Under the pieces are notes generated by a model that saw only the letters and a list, made by a program, of their open reading frames with translations, ran no database searches and had not been told where the DNA came from. The translations under genes were made by a program, and so were the position numbers. A DNA stretch of 64,000 nucleotides from Geosiphon pyriformis uo1 (Eukaryota; Fungi; Glomeromycota), in the NCBI GenBank assembly GCA_016748015.1, contig JAAOMT010000031.1:124001-188000 (forward strand). The letters run 5' to 3'. Positions 24,101 to 36,328 of the stretch are shown piece by piece. Each line of letters opens with the position of its first letter. Position 1 is the first letter of the stretch.

Positions 24101-27100
24101 ACAGAAAATTATTATGTTATTATTAAAAAATTGTTTTAAATTAACATGCAACAATTAAAACTATAACAACAAAAACAATTCAAAAAACTAATTATTAAAT
24201 ATGTTAATATATTTACTAAAAACAACAATAATTTGGAAAAAATTAATTTGGTTTAACATTAAATTTATACAGATAATGCCAAACCAAAACAACAACAAGC
24301 CTACTAAATTGCTTTAGAAAGCCATTAATTTATTTAAAAAGAAGTATAATAAATACTTAATAATAAATTTATTTAACTATTAATAAGTCTTTGGACTTTA
24401 TTAGTAATTTTTGTCAAAAAAAAATAAAAAAATACATTTTTGTATTAACTATTGTTAATTAAATAGTATTACAATTAAAAATACTTATTTTTTATTACAA
24501 ATTGATAACATATTAGATGTTCTTGACAAATCTAAATACTTTTTAATATTGAATCTAGAAAATGAATACTAATAAATTATAATAAACTTTAAAAACTGTT
24601 TCAAAACAGCTTTTATTATTCAAAAAAAAATTATAAATTCAATATAATATTATTTGAATTATATATAATACCAAAAATATTTTAAAGAATAAATATTGTT
24701 TATATTAAACTCTTTTGAAAATTAATAATTGTTTACTTTAATAATACTAATATTTATTTACTATTATTTAAAACTTATTTAATTTACTTATAAAAAGTTT
24801 TTCAATAATTACAAAAAGCAGAATTGAAATTAAATATCAAAAAATATTATTTTGAAAAGACCAGTTTGGCCTTTTTTGGTCATATTATTAATAAAAAAAA
24901 AGTCAACCCTAATCCAAAAATAATTAATATTGTCAAAAACTTTGTTACTAAAAATTTATCAAAAAATTTTCTGAAATTGCCAAACCACTAAATTATTTAA
25001 TCAACAAAAATATTAAATATAAATAAACTTTAAAACAACAAAAAACTTTTAATATTTTCAAAAAAAACTAATAATAGCTTTAACTTTGGCTTATTTCAAC
25101 TTTAACAAGAGATTTTAATTAGTTACAAATGTTTTTTATATTGTTTTTAGTATTATTCTATTTTAATTAGATGACAATAACAATAAACAAATAATTGTTT
25201 ATATTAACAAAACATTAAAATCAGCAGAAAAAATTATTTTGCCATCAAACTAAAAATAGCAACAGTAATTTAGGCTTTTTATTATTTTAATCTGTATTTC
25301 AAGCCCAAAAAATTTGATATTATTACTAATAATATTGAACTCAAATAACTACAGAATGAAAATTCGAAATTAAATACAAAACAATTTCAATAAACAAAAT
25401 TTTTTGCAAATTACAAATATATTATATATTATAAATTAGAAAAACTTTATATAAATATAAATTGTCTTTTCAAAATAAAACAAAATTAGAAACCACAATC
25501 ACCAACCAATTTAATTAACATAATAGTAACAAAACAATAAACAATAGATTTCAAAAACTATAACAACTTTTAACAATATTTGGAAACACTTATAATATCA
25601 GAAAATTGGTTTTTAAGTAAAAAACATTAATTATAACAACAAACAAAACAATATTTTCTATACAATAATATTATTTATTATTAAAATTACAAAAACTTAG
25701 ATAATCTATTCAGAGTAATCCAAAAATATAAAAAAAAAACAATCTTATATAATATGTACTTAAATTTTTTATTAACACACTTTAAAAAAGATAACACAAT
25801 TTAAAAAACACTAAAACACTATTTTTGGGCCCAAATAAAAAAAAAATTTATTAATATGTTAAATCTTATAATAGTTTTTAAAAAAAAAAACATGTTCTAT
25901 AGAAATCCTAAATCCAATTAAAGTTAAACAACTTTTTAATTAAGTTGGTATTAATTTAGTTAAAGTTTCAACAAATTTTGAATAAAAATAAAATCTCTTT
26001 ATTCTATCAATGTTATTAGCATATAAAACATTAAAACAAAATACTATAAAACATATATTATTTGATCTAATATATAGAAAACAACAATATTGCCAATTAA
26101 TTTTATAGTAAAATTCTATTCAACTTAGCTGATTACAAAGAACAATTTTTTAAAAAAGTTTATACACTTTTTAGTATACTAAAAAAAAAATAACAAATTA
26201 TAGTTATTTATATAAAATACTTTTAAGTCCAACAAAAAAAATGGGATAACAATAAACTGTTACTAATCAGAAATAAATTTAAAGTTGAAAATAAAGTTTT
26301 TTTATATAAAACTAAGACTAAAAAACAATAGAGTAAAAAATTCAATTATAAATAAAATAAACTATTTTATATATACAAAACTTTAAGAAATAGATTATAC
26401 AAGTTAAAATTTAATAATAAAGTTTTAAAAAAAATTGTACATGACAAAAAATTAAAATATTATTATTTTAGAACCAATTTTGAATTTTTAATTTCACAAA
26501 TTGGTACATAATTCTTTTTAGTTAATTCTAAAGATATTCTTCAAAATTTAAAATTAATAATTATTATTAAACAACTTCCAAACCTGAACATTTAACATTA
26601 AAATTTAAATTTAAATTTTTTTTATAATTATTTTTTATAATTTAAAACTAATTCCACAAAAACAAAACAAACAATACAGAAAAACAAAACAAAAATGACA
26701 TAAAAACTCTATATACTAAAAATAATCTTATTTATTTATATTTTTATTAATTATTATAACTATTTTCTAAAACATTTAACAATTATCTTAAAAATTAATG
26801 TTAATCTTAAAAACACTATCTAAATTACTTATAACTATTACTAAAAAATACATTAATTATATACAGACAAAATTAATTACAACTTTATTTACAAATTCAC
26901 AAAATTACTATTCATATAGAAAAAATACAAAAAGTTAATTTAAAATTTACTTACCAAAACTTTTAAAGCAAGTTTTAAGAGAGAATTTAATGTTTACTCT
27001 TATTAACATTCCACTAAATATCATAATTTAACAAAATCTTCAATGAATAAAACAACAAATACTCTAATTTATAAATATTTTTATATTAAAAAAACACTTT

Positions 27101-28392
27101 ATAAAAGAAAACTAAAGCTTAAAACAATAAATTTTACAATTAAAACTATTTAAAAACAATTTTACAACAAATTTAAGACAAAAACCAGACCAACAAACAT
27201 CTATTACAAACTTAAAACAGCTTTTAGATTTTATAACTTATTTTATACTTGTGAAAATATTTTACAAAATTTAATTTTACAACTTTTAAAGATTTAATAT
27301 ATTGGAAAGCTTACAAAACTAAAATTTTAACAATTTTCAGACCAAATTTTTTCAATAATTTTAGACTACTATCTGAAAATTACAAACAATACTTGAATTT
27401 TAATAAAACTTAATCTTGAAAAAAAATTATATTATTATTTAGCATAAAATTATACTTATAATTTCTATTATTAATTAGTATATATTATCATTTCAATTTA
27501 TTACTTATTATTTTATTAAATTATTCAAATTATCATTCAATTAATAACTTAATTTGTACAAAACATAAATAAAACCAAATTGTAATAATTAAATTATGCA
27601 ATACATTAAACTATATAACATTTAGAATTTGCTAAAATATTTAGTAATTTGATAAAATATTTAATAGTTTACTAAAATAATCTATATTTTATAAAAATAA
27701 CTTGTAATTTGATAAAATCTATTTTTAGTTTATTAAAAAATTAAAAAAAAATGCTAAATTATAGAATAGTATTATAATAAATTGTATAAAAAAAAGCTTT
27801 TTTTTTTAAGAAAATATAGAATTTATTTTAATTAAAATTAATATCTTCTTTAGTATTTTTTATACAAATCAATTTTAATAAAACTTATTTTGAAAAACAT
27901 AAAAATTTTTAATTATTTTTATTGTAAAATTAACTATTTTTTACTAATATTTTAAAATAATTAGCTACTAATTTTAGTAATTATTAGTAATTTTCAGATC
28001 TAGATCTAAAATAACTTTTTTAATATATTTTCATATTTTTTTTTTGGTTTATTTTATTTTTTTATTTTTATTTTTATATTATTAAATAATCTATAGTTGA
28101 AATTTTTTGTAAAAGAGTTGTTTTTCACTGAAAAATAACTACACATATTTTTTAAGAGTTTATAAACAAAATTTTTTTGTAAAAAGTTAACTTTTATTGC
28201 AGAATAACTATATAAATAATTAATATAAAATTGGTTATTTTATTATAAATTCAACAACACACATAGTTCAAAATATAAAGAAATACTTTAAAAAAAATTA
28301 ATTTATTAAAAGTTTACTAACTTTTATTAACAACAAAATTAATAATTAAATAGTTTAATAATATTTAAAAAAATAAAAAACCTCTAATAACA
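21121..28392 (+). mobile_element. Gypsy element F, heavily C->T/G->A mutated C-family copy (late gag to 3' LTR)
   Basis: Colinear with the reverse complement of 5350-~12820 through gag, PR, dUTPase, RT, RH, integrase (internal deletion near 25970), ORF3 (~26756-27430) and 3' LTR ~27430-28392 (ends CCTCTAATAACA). Confidence 0.9.
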
Positions 28393-28760
28393 GTAATATT
28401 TAGTTATAGTTAATCATATTTTATTATGTCTTACATAGGCACTTATTGATAATAATTTTTTTCACAATTTACACAAATTAATTTTAATTGGTAATAAAAT
28501 TAATTCTGCTAATTTAGTAAAACATAAATAAAAATTAAGACTTGTAGTTCTTTTTTTTTTGTCTTTTTTTTTCCAAGTAAGTGGTAATAGTAATTTTGTA
28601 TTAAAATTATTAGCCCAAGAGATATAAAAAGTTTTAATAATAGGCTGTATTACTGGTTTTTTAAATTCAATAAAGAGTTGTTCTGGAATTGTATTTTATT
28701 TTTTGTATATACCAAAAAGTTGAACAATTTTTTTTTTCTTTAATTAATTAATTATTAAAT
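28393..28760 (-). mobile_element. Fragment G, decayed B-like Gypsy pol (post-protease/Cys-rich region); host of F
   Basis: Aligns with ~16360-16800, e.g. ATTGATAATAATTTTTTTCACAATT vs ATTGACAACAATTTCTTGCCACAATT. Confidence 0.65.
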
Positions 28761-30928
28761 TTAATAGTGGCTGTAATTACTTATTCTATTTAATAACTTA
28801 AAGCTTGGTTTAATAATAAAAATTTAATATTTTTGTGTTAAATATATCTTTTTAAGATTTTATTAATTTTAATATTTAACTACTTTATATGTTTTTTGAT
28901 TATTTTAAAAACAGTTAAACAAAAAATATGAAGTTTTGGATATTTATAATTAAAATAAGTTACAATATTATTATGTTTTGTGCTATAATAATAATTAAAA
29001 TATTGAAAATTTTCTTTATAAAGAATATTATTAACTGCTACTTATTTTTGTTTTTTGAATAAAAATTTTTTAAAAAATATGTCTATAATAATAATATTAG
29101 ATTTGGTTTTAACAAGTCTAAATTAAAATACAATAAGAGTTAAGTAATTATATATAAAAAAAACAAAATTAAAAAGAATAAGTCTAATATAAATTAATTT
29201 AAAAAAAAGTTGGAATAAAACTAATTTAATATGTTTTAACTCTTTTTTTAATTATCAATTAACATTTAACATATAATATTTGTTCTTATATAAAGACAAA
29301 TTTCGAATAAACATTTGATAAAATTATATTTTTATTCTTTTATAGATTGTTTTTATATAAAAAGAAAATTATTAATTAATTAATTAATTTTATAAAAAAA
29401 TATTTTTTGTAAGAAATTGTTTTTTTATAAAAATTTGATTGTATATAGTTTATTATTATTTATATTAATTAAATTACAAATTGTTACTTTAATTCTTAAA
29501 TATATTCTTATTTTTATTAAAATAATTATTAATTTAAACAATTAAACAAATTTAAAATTTTTATTAATTAATAATAAAGTAATTTTGAATATTTTATTAA
29601 ATTTATTTATATTATAATTAAATATATTTAATAAAAAACAAATTTTAAAGTCAAATATATTGTTTAGTTTATAAAAAATATTAATTAATACTGTATATTT
29701 TTGGTTTAGTACTTTAATTTTTATATAACTTTTGGTTTTATAAAAAAAGTTATATACTTATATAATAAAAACTTTATATAAAAAATTGTCAATAATAATT
29801 AAAAAATAATTATATAAAATTACTTATTTATTATATATTTATTATAATTAAGTAAAGTTTTTAAATTATAGTTTATATATAATAAAAATTTATTTATTTA
29901 TTAAAGTCTTTAAATTTTGTTTTTTAAAAATTTATAATTAGTATAAACTTGAATATATTTTTAATATTATAATTTTTGTTACTATATATTGAAAATACCA
30001 ATTTATATATAATTTTATACAAAATTTTAAATATATTGTTTAATTTTAAATTTTAAATTAATATAAAAAAAAAGATTGTTATTATATATAAACTTTTAAT
30101 TATTTTATTAAATAGAATAATATAATTCTTTAAAATTGTAAAAAATATTATTATAAGTTTTAATTTAAAAAAAAATGTTTATTTTTTTGGTTTAAATAAC
30201 AAGATTTTGATTAATATAATTGTATAATATAGTTTTAATGATTAATTATATGTAAGAAATACATAAATAATATTTAATTTAAAATTTAAAATACAAAAAA
30301 CTTAATATTATTTTTAATAATTATCTTTAAATTATAAAAACTAAAACATAATTTTAATATAATTTAATAATCTTAAAATTATAAAAAAAATTATATAATT
30401 TAATAAATTAATTAGTCAAAATTATATGTAAAAATATAATTTGGTTTATTTTTAAAATTAGTAAAAATTGATAAAAATTGATAAAATTTAATATATTAAA
30501 TAATATAATTATATATTAAATTAAAATTAAATATAATTAATACAAATATAATAAAATTAATAAACATTAGTTTTTTTGGCTAAATAAAAAACATTATTAA
30601 AAAAAAGATAGTTTAATTACTAGTAACAACTTTTTTAGTTAATTATTTAAAAAGAATCTTATATATAAAAAAAACTTTTATTTAAAACCAAAAATAGTGT
30701 ATAAGAAATACATTTTTTTTGTATTATACTGCGTATCTATACATATATTTTACGCAATTAATTAGTTTAACAGTTTTAGAATATTTTATTAACAAATACA
30801 GTGAAATATTTTTTATTAAAATTTAACCTTCAATTGTTAGGAATTTCAGTTAAAAACTTTATCATATTTAAAAAGATTCAAAATTTGAGAATTTAATTAT
30901 TTGTGTAAAAGAGAAATGTCAAAAAGAA

Positions 30929-33485
30929 TTAACAAAGTTCTAATTCTTGCAATGTTGCTTTTGTTTCCTGGAGACTTTGATCACTAATATTTGTGAACTC
31001 GACCAAGGATTGGAATAAAATCTGCTCGTAGCGTAAGTAATCTTCGACTTTTTTGTTGTATTCTTTGGTGGTACGATCTAAATGCTCCCTAAAATCTTTA
31101 TCCATACGATCGCATCTATAATAATTGAGGATTAGTTAAATAATTTATTAGACAAACACTGATTTATAAATGCCAGTATTTGAGTCAAGTTTACCGGATT
31201 TGTGCGGCTTGACGCTTTTCTCTCATTTCCATCACGTTTTTATTGCCTTTCAAACGCATTTCTGCAATGGTTTTTTCGGTTTCATGCAAAAAAGCCTCAC
31301 GCTTTGCATTATTTTCATTAGATTCCTGATGGTAAGTTTCATATATGAGTAAAGCCATCCAAGTATTCACAGAACTAGTGCGAGGAGATGTCCAGCCACA
31401 ATTTATACCTTTTTCGCCTCTTCCACTTGCTGATTTAGTGCAGCAATATTTTTTTCAATAGAGAGGATGCTGGATCGTTGATTAGTTATTCCATCAATTA
31501 GGTGATCCAATTTTCTTTCTTGCTCGTATTTGTCTTGCAGAGCATTATTGTGCCGAGAATTGGTCTCCTTTCGAAATTTCATCAAGACATTCTAATGAAA
31601 AAGTTTTATGTCAAAATTGAATTAGTTTTTTCATCTAAAACGTTGGCTTGAAGCAACCTTTTCAGTTTGATGATAATTACTCTCCTAAGCTCCTCCAAAT
31701 TTGAAGAGATGGCTTTTCCGCTATCTTCGAAATTAATATCCACATTAAATTCATCATTTTTTATTTGAGCCTTCTCTCCGTTAGATGAAATTAGATTGAT
31801 TCGAGAAGCTGCTGTGTTGAATTGCCGAACCATCTCGTCTACCTAAAGAGCAACTCTCATAAGAAAATTTTTATGTTAAGAATTACAGAGTTTGATACAC
31901 AGGAGTATACCATTGCCATTTCTGCGGAAAGATCATTTTCATCTTCCTCAATTTTAGAAGCTAATTCACGCTTCTTTGCTGTTATTTGTTGTAAGTTGTT
32001 ATGAATCTGTTCACGGTTTTGAACCATGCGTTGGACTTCATCGGTCGATATAGGTTGGTTATCGACAATAGTTTGAAGATTTTCTTTTTCCTCTCTAAGT
32101 GCAGAAATTTCTTTCTCTGAATTGCGAGATGATAATTAAACAAATATTTAAAACAAAAAAAAAGCTTGCAAAAAAGATACCTTTCACGTCAAATATACTT
32201 GCCTTCTTGTTGAACCTTTTCGGATAATTGCTGAAGGGTGGCCAAGATTTTTTCTTTTTTGTTTTCGCAATAACTATGATATTGGATAAACTTTTCTTTG
32301 TCCACCTTCAATGTTTCGTAATCTTTTTGTGCTTTAATTAATGGTGACTTATGTAGGGAATGATTAAAATTTTGAAAATTAGAATGGATCTGTATGCGTA
32401 TGAAATTTATGGTAATTTAGTTCCTTAAAATGAACTTGCTTCGGATGTTAGCAGCTCGTCCATTTCTTGTTCAAGCTCATATTTAGAATTTTTTAATTCC
32501 TCGATTTCGAAAAGAGTTTCGCCACTTTGACGACCTATTAATAGTAATCAAAATGGAATCATATAATAAGAAATTTAAAAATATATTGGAGATCAGTCAA
32601 GAATTACTACTGACCAGCAATATTTCTTAACGCTTGATCTAATTCCGAAAAATCATCATCCCCTTCAAGAAAAATTTTGTAGGCCTCGGCGAGATAATCA
32701 AAATAATGTTGATCAAGTGTTTTCTCTTCCTCTATGTCAACTTTCTGGTATTCGTTACTCAAATAAATCCAATACTGATCGAGAAAAAAAGGAAATTTAT
32801 TATGAAAAAAGATGGAAGTAAAATTTCGATTGATTTTCTGAGGGAATCCTTACAGAAGCAGTCTCCTGTAACCATTTCAACATTCCAAGTAATATCGGCC
32901 AAGAATGCATAGAGCCCACTGCGGCTAAAGTTTGTTTACGAATTTCAGGCACGAATGGACATCTAAATAGTATATATATAGATATTAAGCAAAAGCATGC
33001 AAGGACTCAATCTGGCAAAATCATCCTATAATCTTCTACCTCATTCCTTGCAAGAGAGCAAGCAAAAGATCATCAAATCTGCTGTTTGACTCCCATTTTA
33101 TTGAGGGATCAATTCTCTCATATAGGAACTTGAATATACTTTGAAAATCCTTAGTGGATGGGGATTGAAGGGTTTTGATTGAAATCGAGTTAGGATAATT
33201 CCAACTCTCAAGGGCTTCAATGATCTCTTTAATAGCTGTTTGTTGCCAGTTCTTGTTGCGAAAAGAAGGTCTTTCAACACTGAGACCACTTGAAGGTAGA
33301 TTGGAAGGCCTACAACTTATCGAAGATGCCCGCCCATATAACTGTTGTTGGCTAGCTCTGATTGCAGACGGTGGTGGAGGTATTCCAGAAACCAAGGACA
33401 TACGATAAAAAGGGTTTGAATCGACATTGTTAGCTGTGGTCCTACGTTTCTTTATGGTCGAAGATAAAAGTGAAGGGTCCATCAT
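30929..33485 (-). CDS. NDC80: Kinetochore protein Ndc80/Hec1 (multi-exon)
   Basis: CH domain RNKNWQQ...SIKTLQSPSTKDFQSIFKFLYERIDP; exon 2 (32854-32962) LAAVGSMHSWPILLGMLKWL; exon 3 FDYLAEAYKIFLEGDD; long coiled-coil exons; GT-AG introns; stop TAA at 30929-30931. Confidence 0.93.
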
Positions 33486-33533
33486 ACGTTAGAAAATGAA
33501 ATTCACCTAAGTTTTCGTCTGAATCAGTAATTT

Positions 33534-33558
33534 ACGCGTTATTGAAGTAATCACGCGT
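33534..33558. promoter_or_regulatory. Two MCB-like ACGCGT elements upstream of NDC80
   Basis: ACGCGT at 33534-33539 and 33553-33558, about 50-70 bp before the ATG, in otherwise CpG-poor DNA. Confidence 0.6.
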
Positions 33559-34057
33559 GTGATCAGACTTTACTAATTAGACCAATCCAAATTTAGTAAC
33601 CTGATCTGGACAAAACGTGACAAAGTTTTATTAAACTTTTTATTTATTTTGAAGTAAATTGAATTTTATATTTATGTAATAATATTTCGAGATTTAAATT
33701 TAATAATATTAATTAAAAGCAATATAGCTATCAAATAATTAATATTCATATTTCTAAAAATAAAAAAGTTTGATAATATATATATATATATTTACGTAAT
33801 TATTAATAAAATAAAAATTATTTAAAGTATTTTATAATTTTTATAATAATAATAATAATAATAAAAATATAATGATTAAAAAATTAAAAAATAATATTAT
33901 AATTAATTTTAATAATTTTTTAATAATACATAATAATTAAAAAAAGAATTAGTAGTAAATAACCAAAATTTTTTTAATATGTATATATGTAAAACATTTT
34001 TAATGAATCATATTTTTTAAATAATGATTGGAAATCAAGCTTTAAATTTTTTTTTAA

Positions 34058-34088
<31 letters not shown>

Positions 34089-34117
34089 TTTTATTTATTT
34101 ATTACTTAATGACAGAC

Positions 34118-34149
<32 letters not shown>

Positions 34150-34671
34150 GTAATAATAATAATAATAATACGATTATTATTAATCATAATTTTTATTTAA
34201 ATAATTAAAATTTAATAAAAAAACATTCTCTTTTTGTGAAAAAAATTATCTTTGGATTTAAAAGATTTTATGAAAATGATAAAAATAATATTTATTATTA
34301 TGAATTAACTTTTTAAATGAAAAATGACCAAATTTAGTTACCAAATAATATATTCATTAACCCAATCTGGGAAACCAACCAAGTCATTAATGAATGAAAT
34401 TCTACAAGTGGATCCAATATTCGGTGTAGATCAGAAAAATGGATGGTAGTACTAGAAATTTGCCCACTGCAATCTTTGGGAAAAACGATCGGCTTTTTAC
34501 CCTTTACCATTATCATAATAATGAGAGTGGTAATACAAATGGAATTTTTTTTTTTTTTTTTTTAAAACTCAAATTCATTTTCATTATTATTAAAAGACAA
34601 ATAGAACTGAAATTTTATAAATTTTCAAAAGTATTCAAATCGTCAACTTTGTTGTGTTTCAAAATTTGCAT

Positions 34672-34682
34672 GATGGATATGA

Positions 34683-34715
<33 letters not shown>

Positions 34716-34925
34716 ATAATTATAATTATTATTTAGTAAACTTACGCGAAAATGAGAAATAGCGGTAATTTTGGTGGTGTTAGTAGTGGTATTGTTGTTG
34801 TTGTGGTGGTGGTGGTGGTGGTGGTGGTGGTGGTAGCAGTAGTGGTAGTGGTTGTATTTGTAGTTGTAGTTTGTAGTGGTTGTATTTGTAGTTGTAGTTT
34901 GTAGTGGTTGTATTTGTAGTTGTAA
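34672..34925. repeat. Microsatellites (GAT)n and (GGT)n plus a 28-bp tandem repeat, about 3 copies
   Basis: GTAGTGGTTGTATTTGTAGTTGTAGTTT starts at 34845, 34873 and 34901. Confidence 0.9.
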
Positions 34926-36328
34926 TGGTGTTTAATATTGGTCGTCGTGTTTGGAGGTGCTTGTTTGGGGGTTGTGCTATATATGCAACTTTTTTCAACC
35001 CGAATGCAGTGCTTCAAGTGATTCTTCCTTTTGCTAAAAGTTCTATTATGATTTTCTGCTCTTTTTAAATAGTTTCACTAAAGGTATTAGTATTTCTATT
35101 ATAATATTATATGCTTTTTTGATCGCCTTTCGCTACTAATCTTAACTTGGGCTTTTTTTTTGTTGTTGTACTAGCTAGTACTTGATTGAAATCAAAATTT
35201 TCCAACTCACCCAACACTCACCACCACCAACACCACCACTATTACCTCACACACAAACACATCCCACTCACACACACAACACTACAAATTTCGCCCCATT
35301 ACACACACCCATTCTTCTTTTATTCCCCCTTTCCTTCTTCTCTTCTCTGTTTTTTTCTTGTTCCGCCTGTTTCTTTTTTCCTTTAATCACGTTTCCTGGG
35401 TTTTTTTTTTTGGAATTTTTTTTTGGAATTTTCCCTTTTCATTCCCATCAAATCTTTTCCCCTTCCCCTTCCCTTTGTCCACACTCACAATCCTCAACCC
35501 AAACCCTCTCCCCCTTTTTTTTTTTTTTTTTGCTTACGTGCATCAACTGATAGAAAAAACCTAAAATCTTACTCCATTTCTCAAAAAAGTTTTTTTTTAT
35601 TTTGTCCCTTTACATATCATCCTAAAGTTTTTACTCGTTCTTTTTCTTCAGTTCTTTAATTCTTTATAAAAAAAGGTAACAATACCTCTGCTCTGTTTAT
35701 AAATAATAATACATTTTTTCTCTTATTCTTGTCGTTTGGTTTTTTGTTTTCACTTATTGTGTACTTGCACTTTTTTTCCGGTTTTCTCGTCTCTTCTAAA
35801 TATTAATTAGACAACCACACATATCTATACACATATACATCAAAAGTTCTTTGAATACCCAATTATTTTAAAAACATATTTTCAAACGGACAACTCTTGA
35901 ATTTTTTAATATCATTCTTTTGATAGAGTAATTGGATATTAATCATCCTACTTACCACCCCACCATCATTCGTTCACCTTTTCTCTTCTTTGAATGTTAT
36001 TTATCTCTAAACTGTAATCGTCTTAATCTTGTGCATCTCCAGTTCTCTCTGAAAACTTTCTTAACAAACCAAAAAAATAGAGTCAATATAGAAGCTGCAA
36101 AACCCAAAACCTTTTTTTTACCGCTCCCTTTTTAAGAGTTACAATTTTTTTTGCCTTTCTCCTTTACAGCACCTTACTTTCTTTCTTTCTTATACAAATT
36201 AAACCTAGTTTTTATCACACAATTCTCTTTCAAACAGTAAAAGAAATATAAACAATACAGATATTTCTACTTGAAAACCGGCTTTAACTCACTTTTGGGG
36301 TTGTCTCTTGTCTGTCTCCTAATCCCTG

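Noticed and set aside
34439-36135. Several 60-120 aa ORFs (poly-T, poly-P, poly-F, poly-D)
   Set aside because: Products of microsatellites and low-complexity leader sequence.
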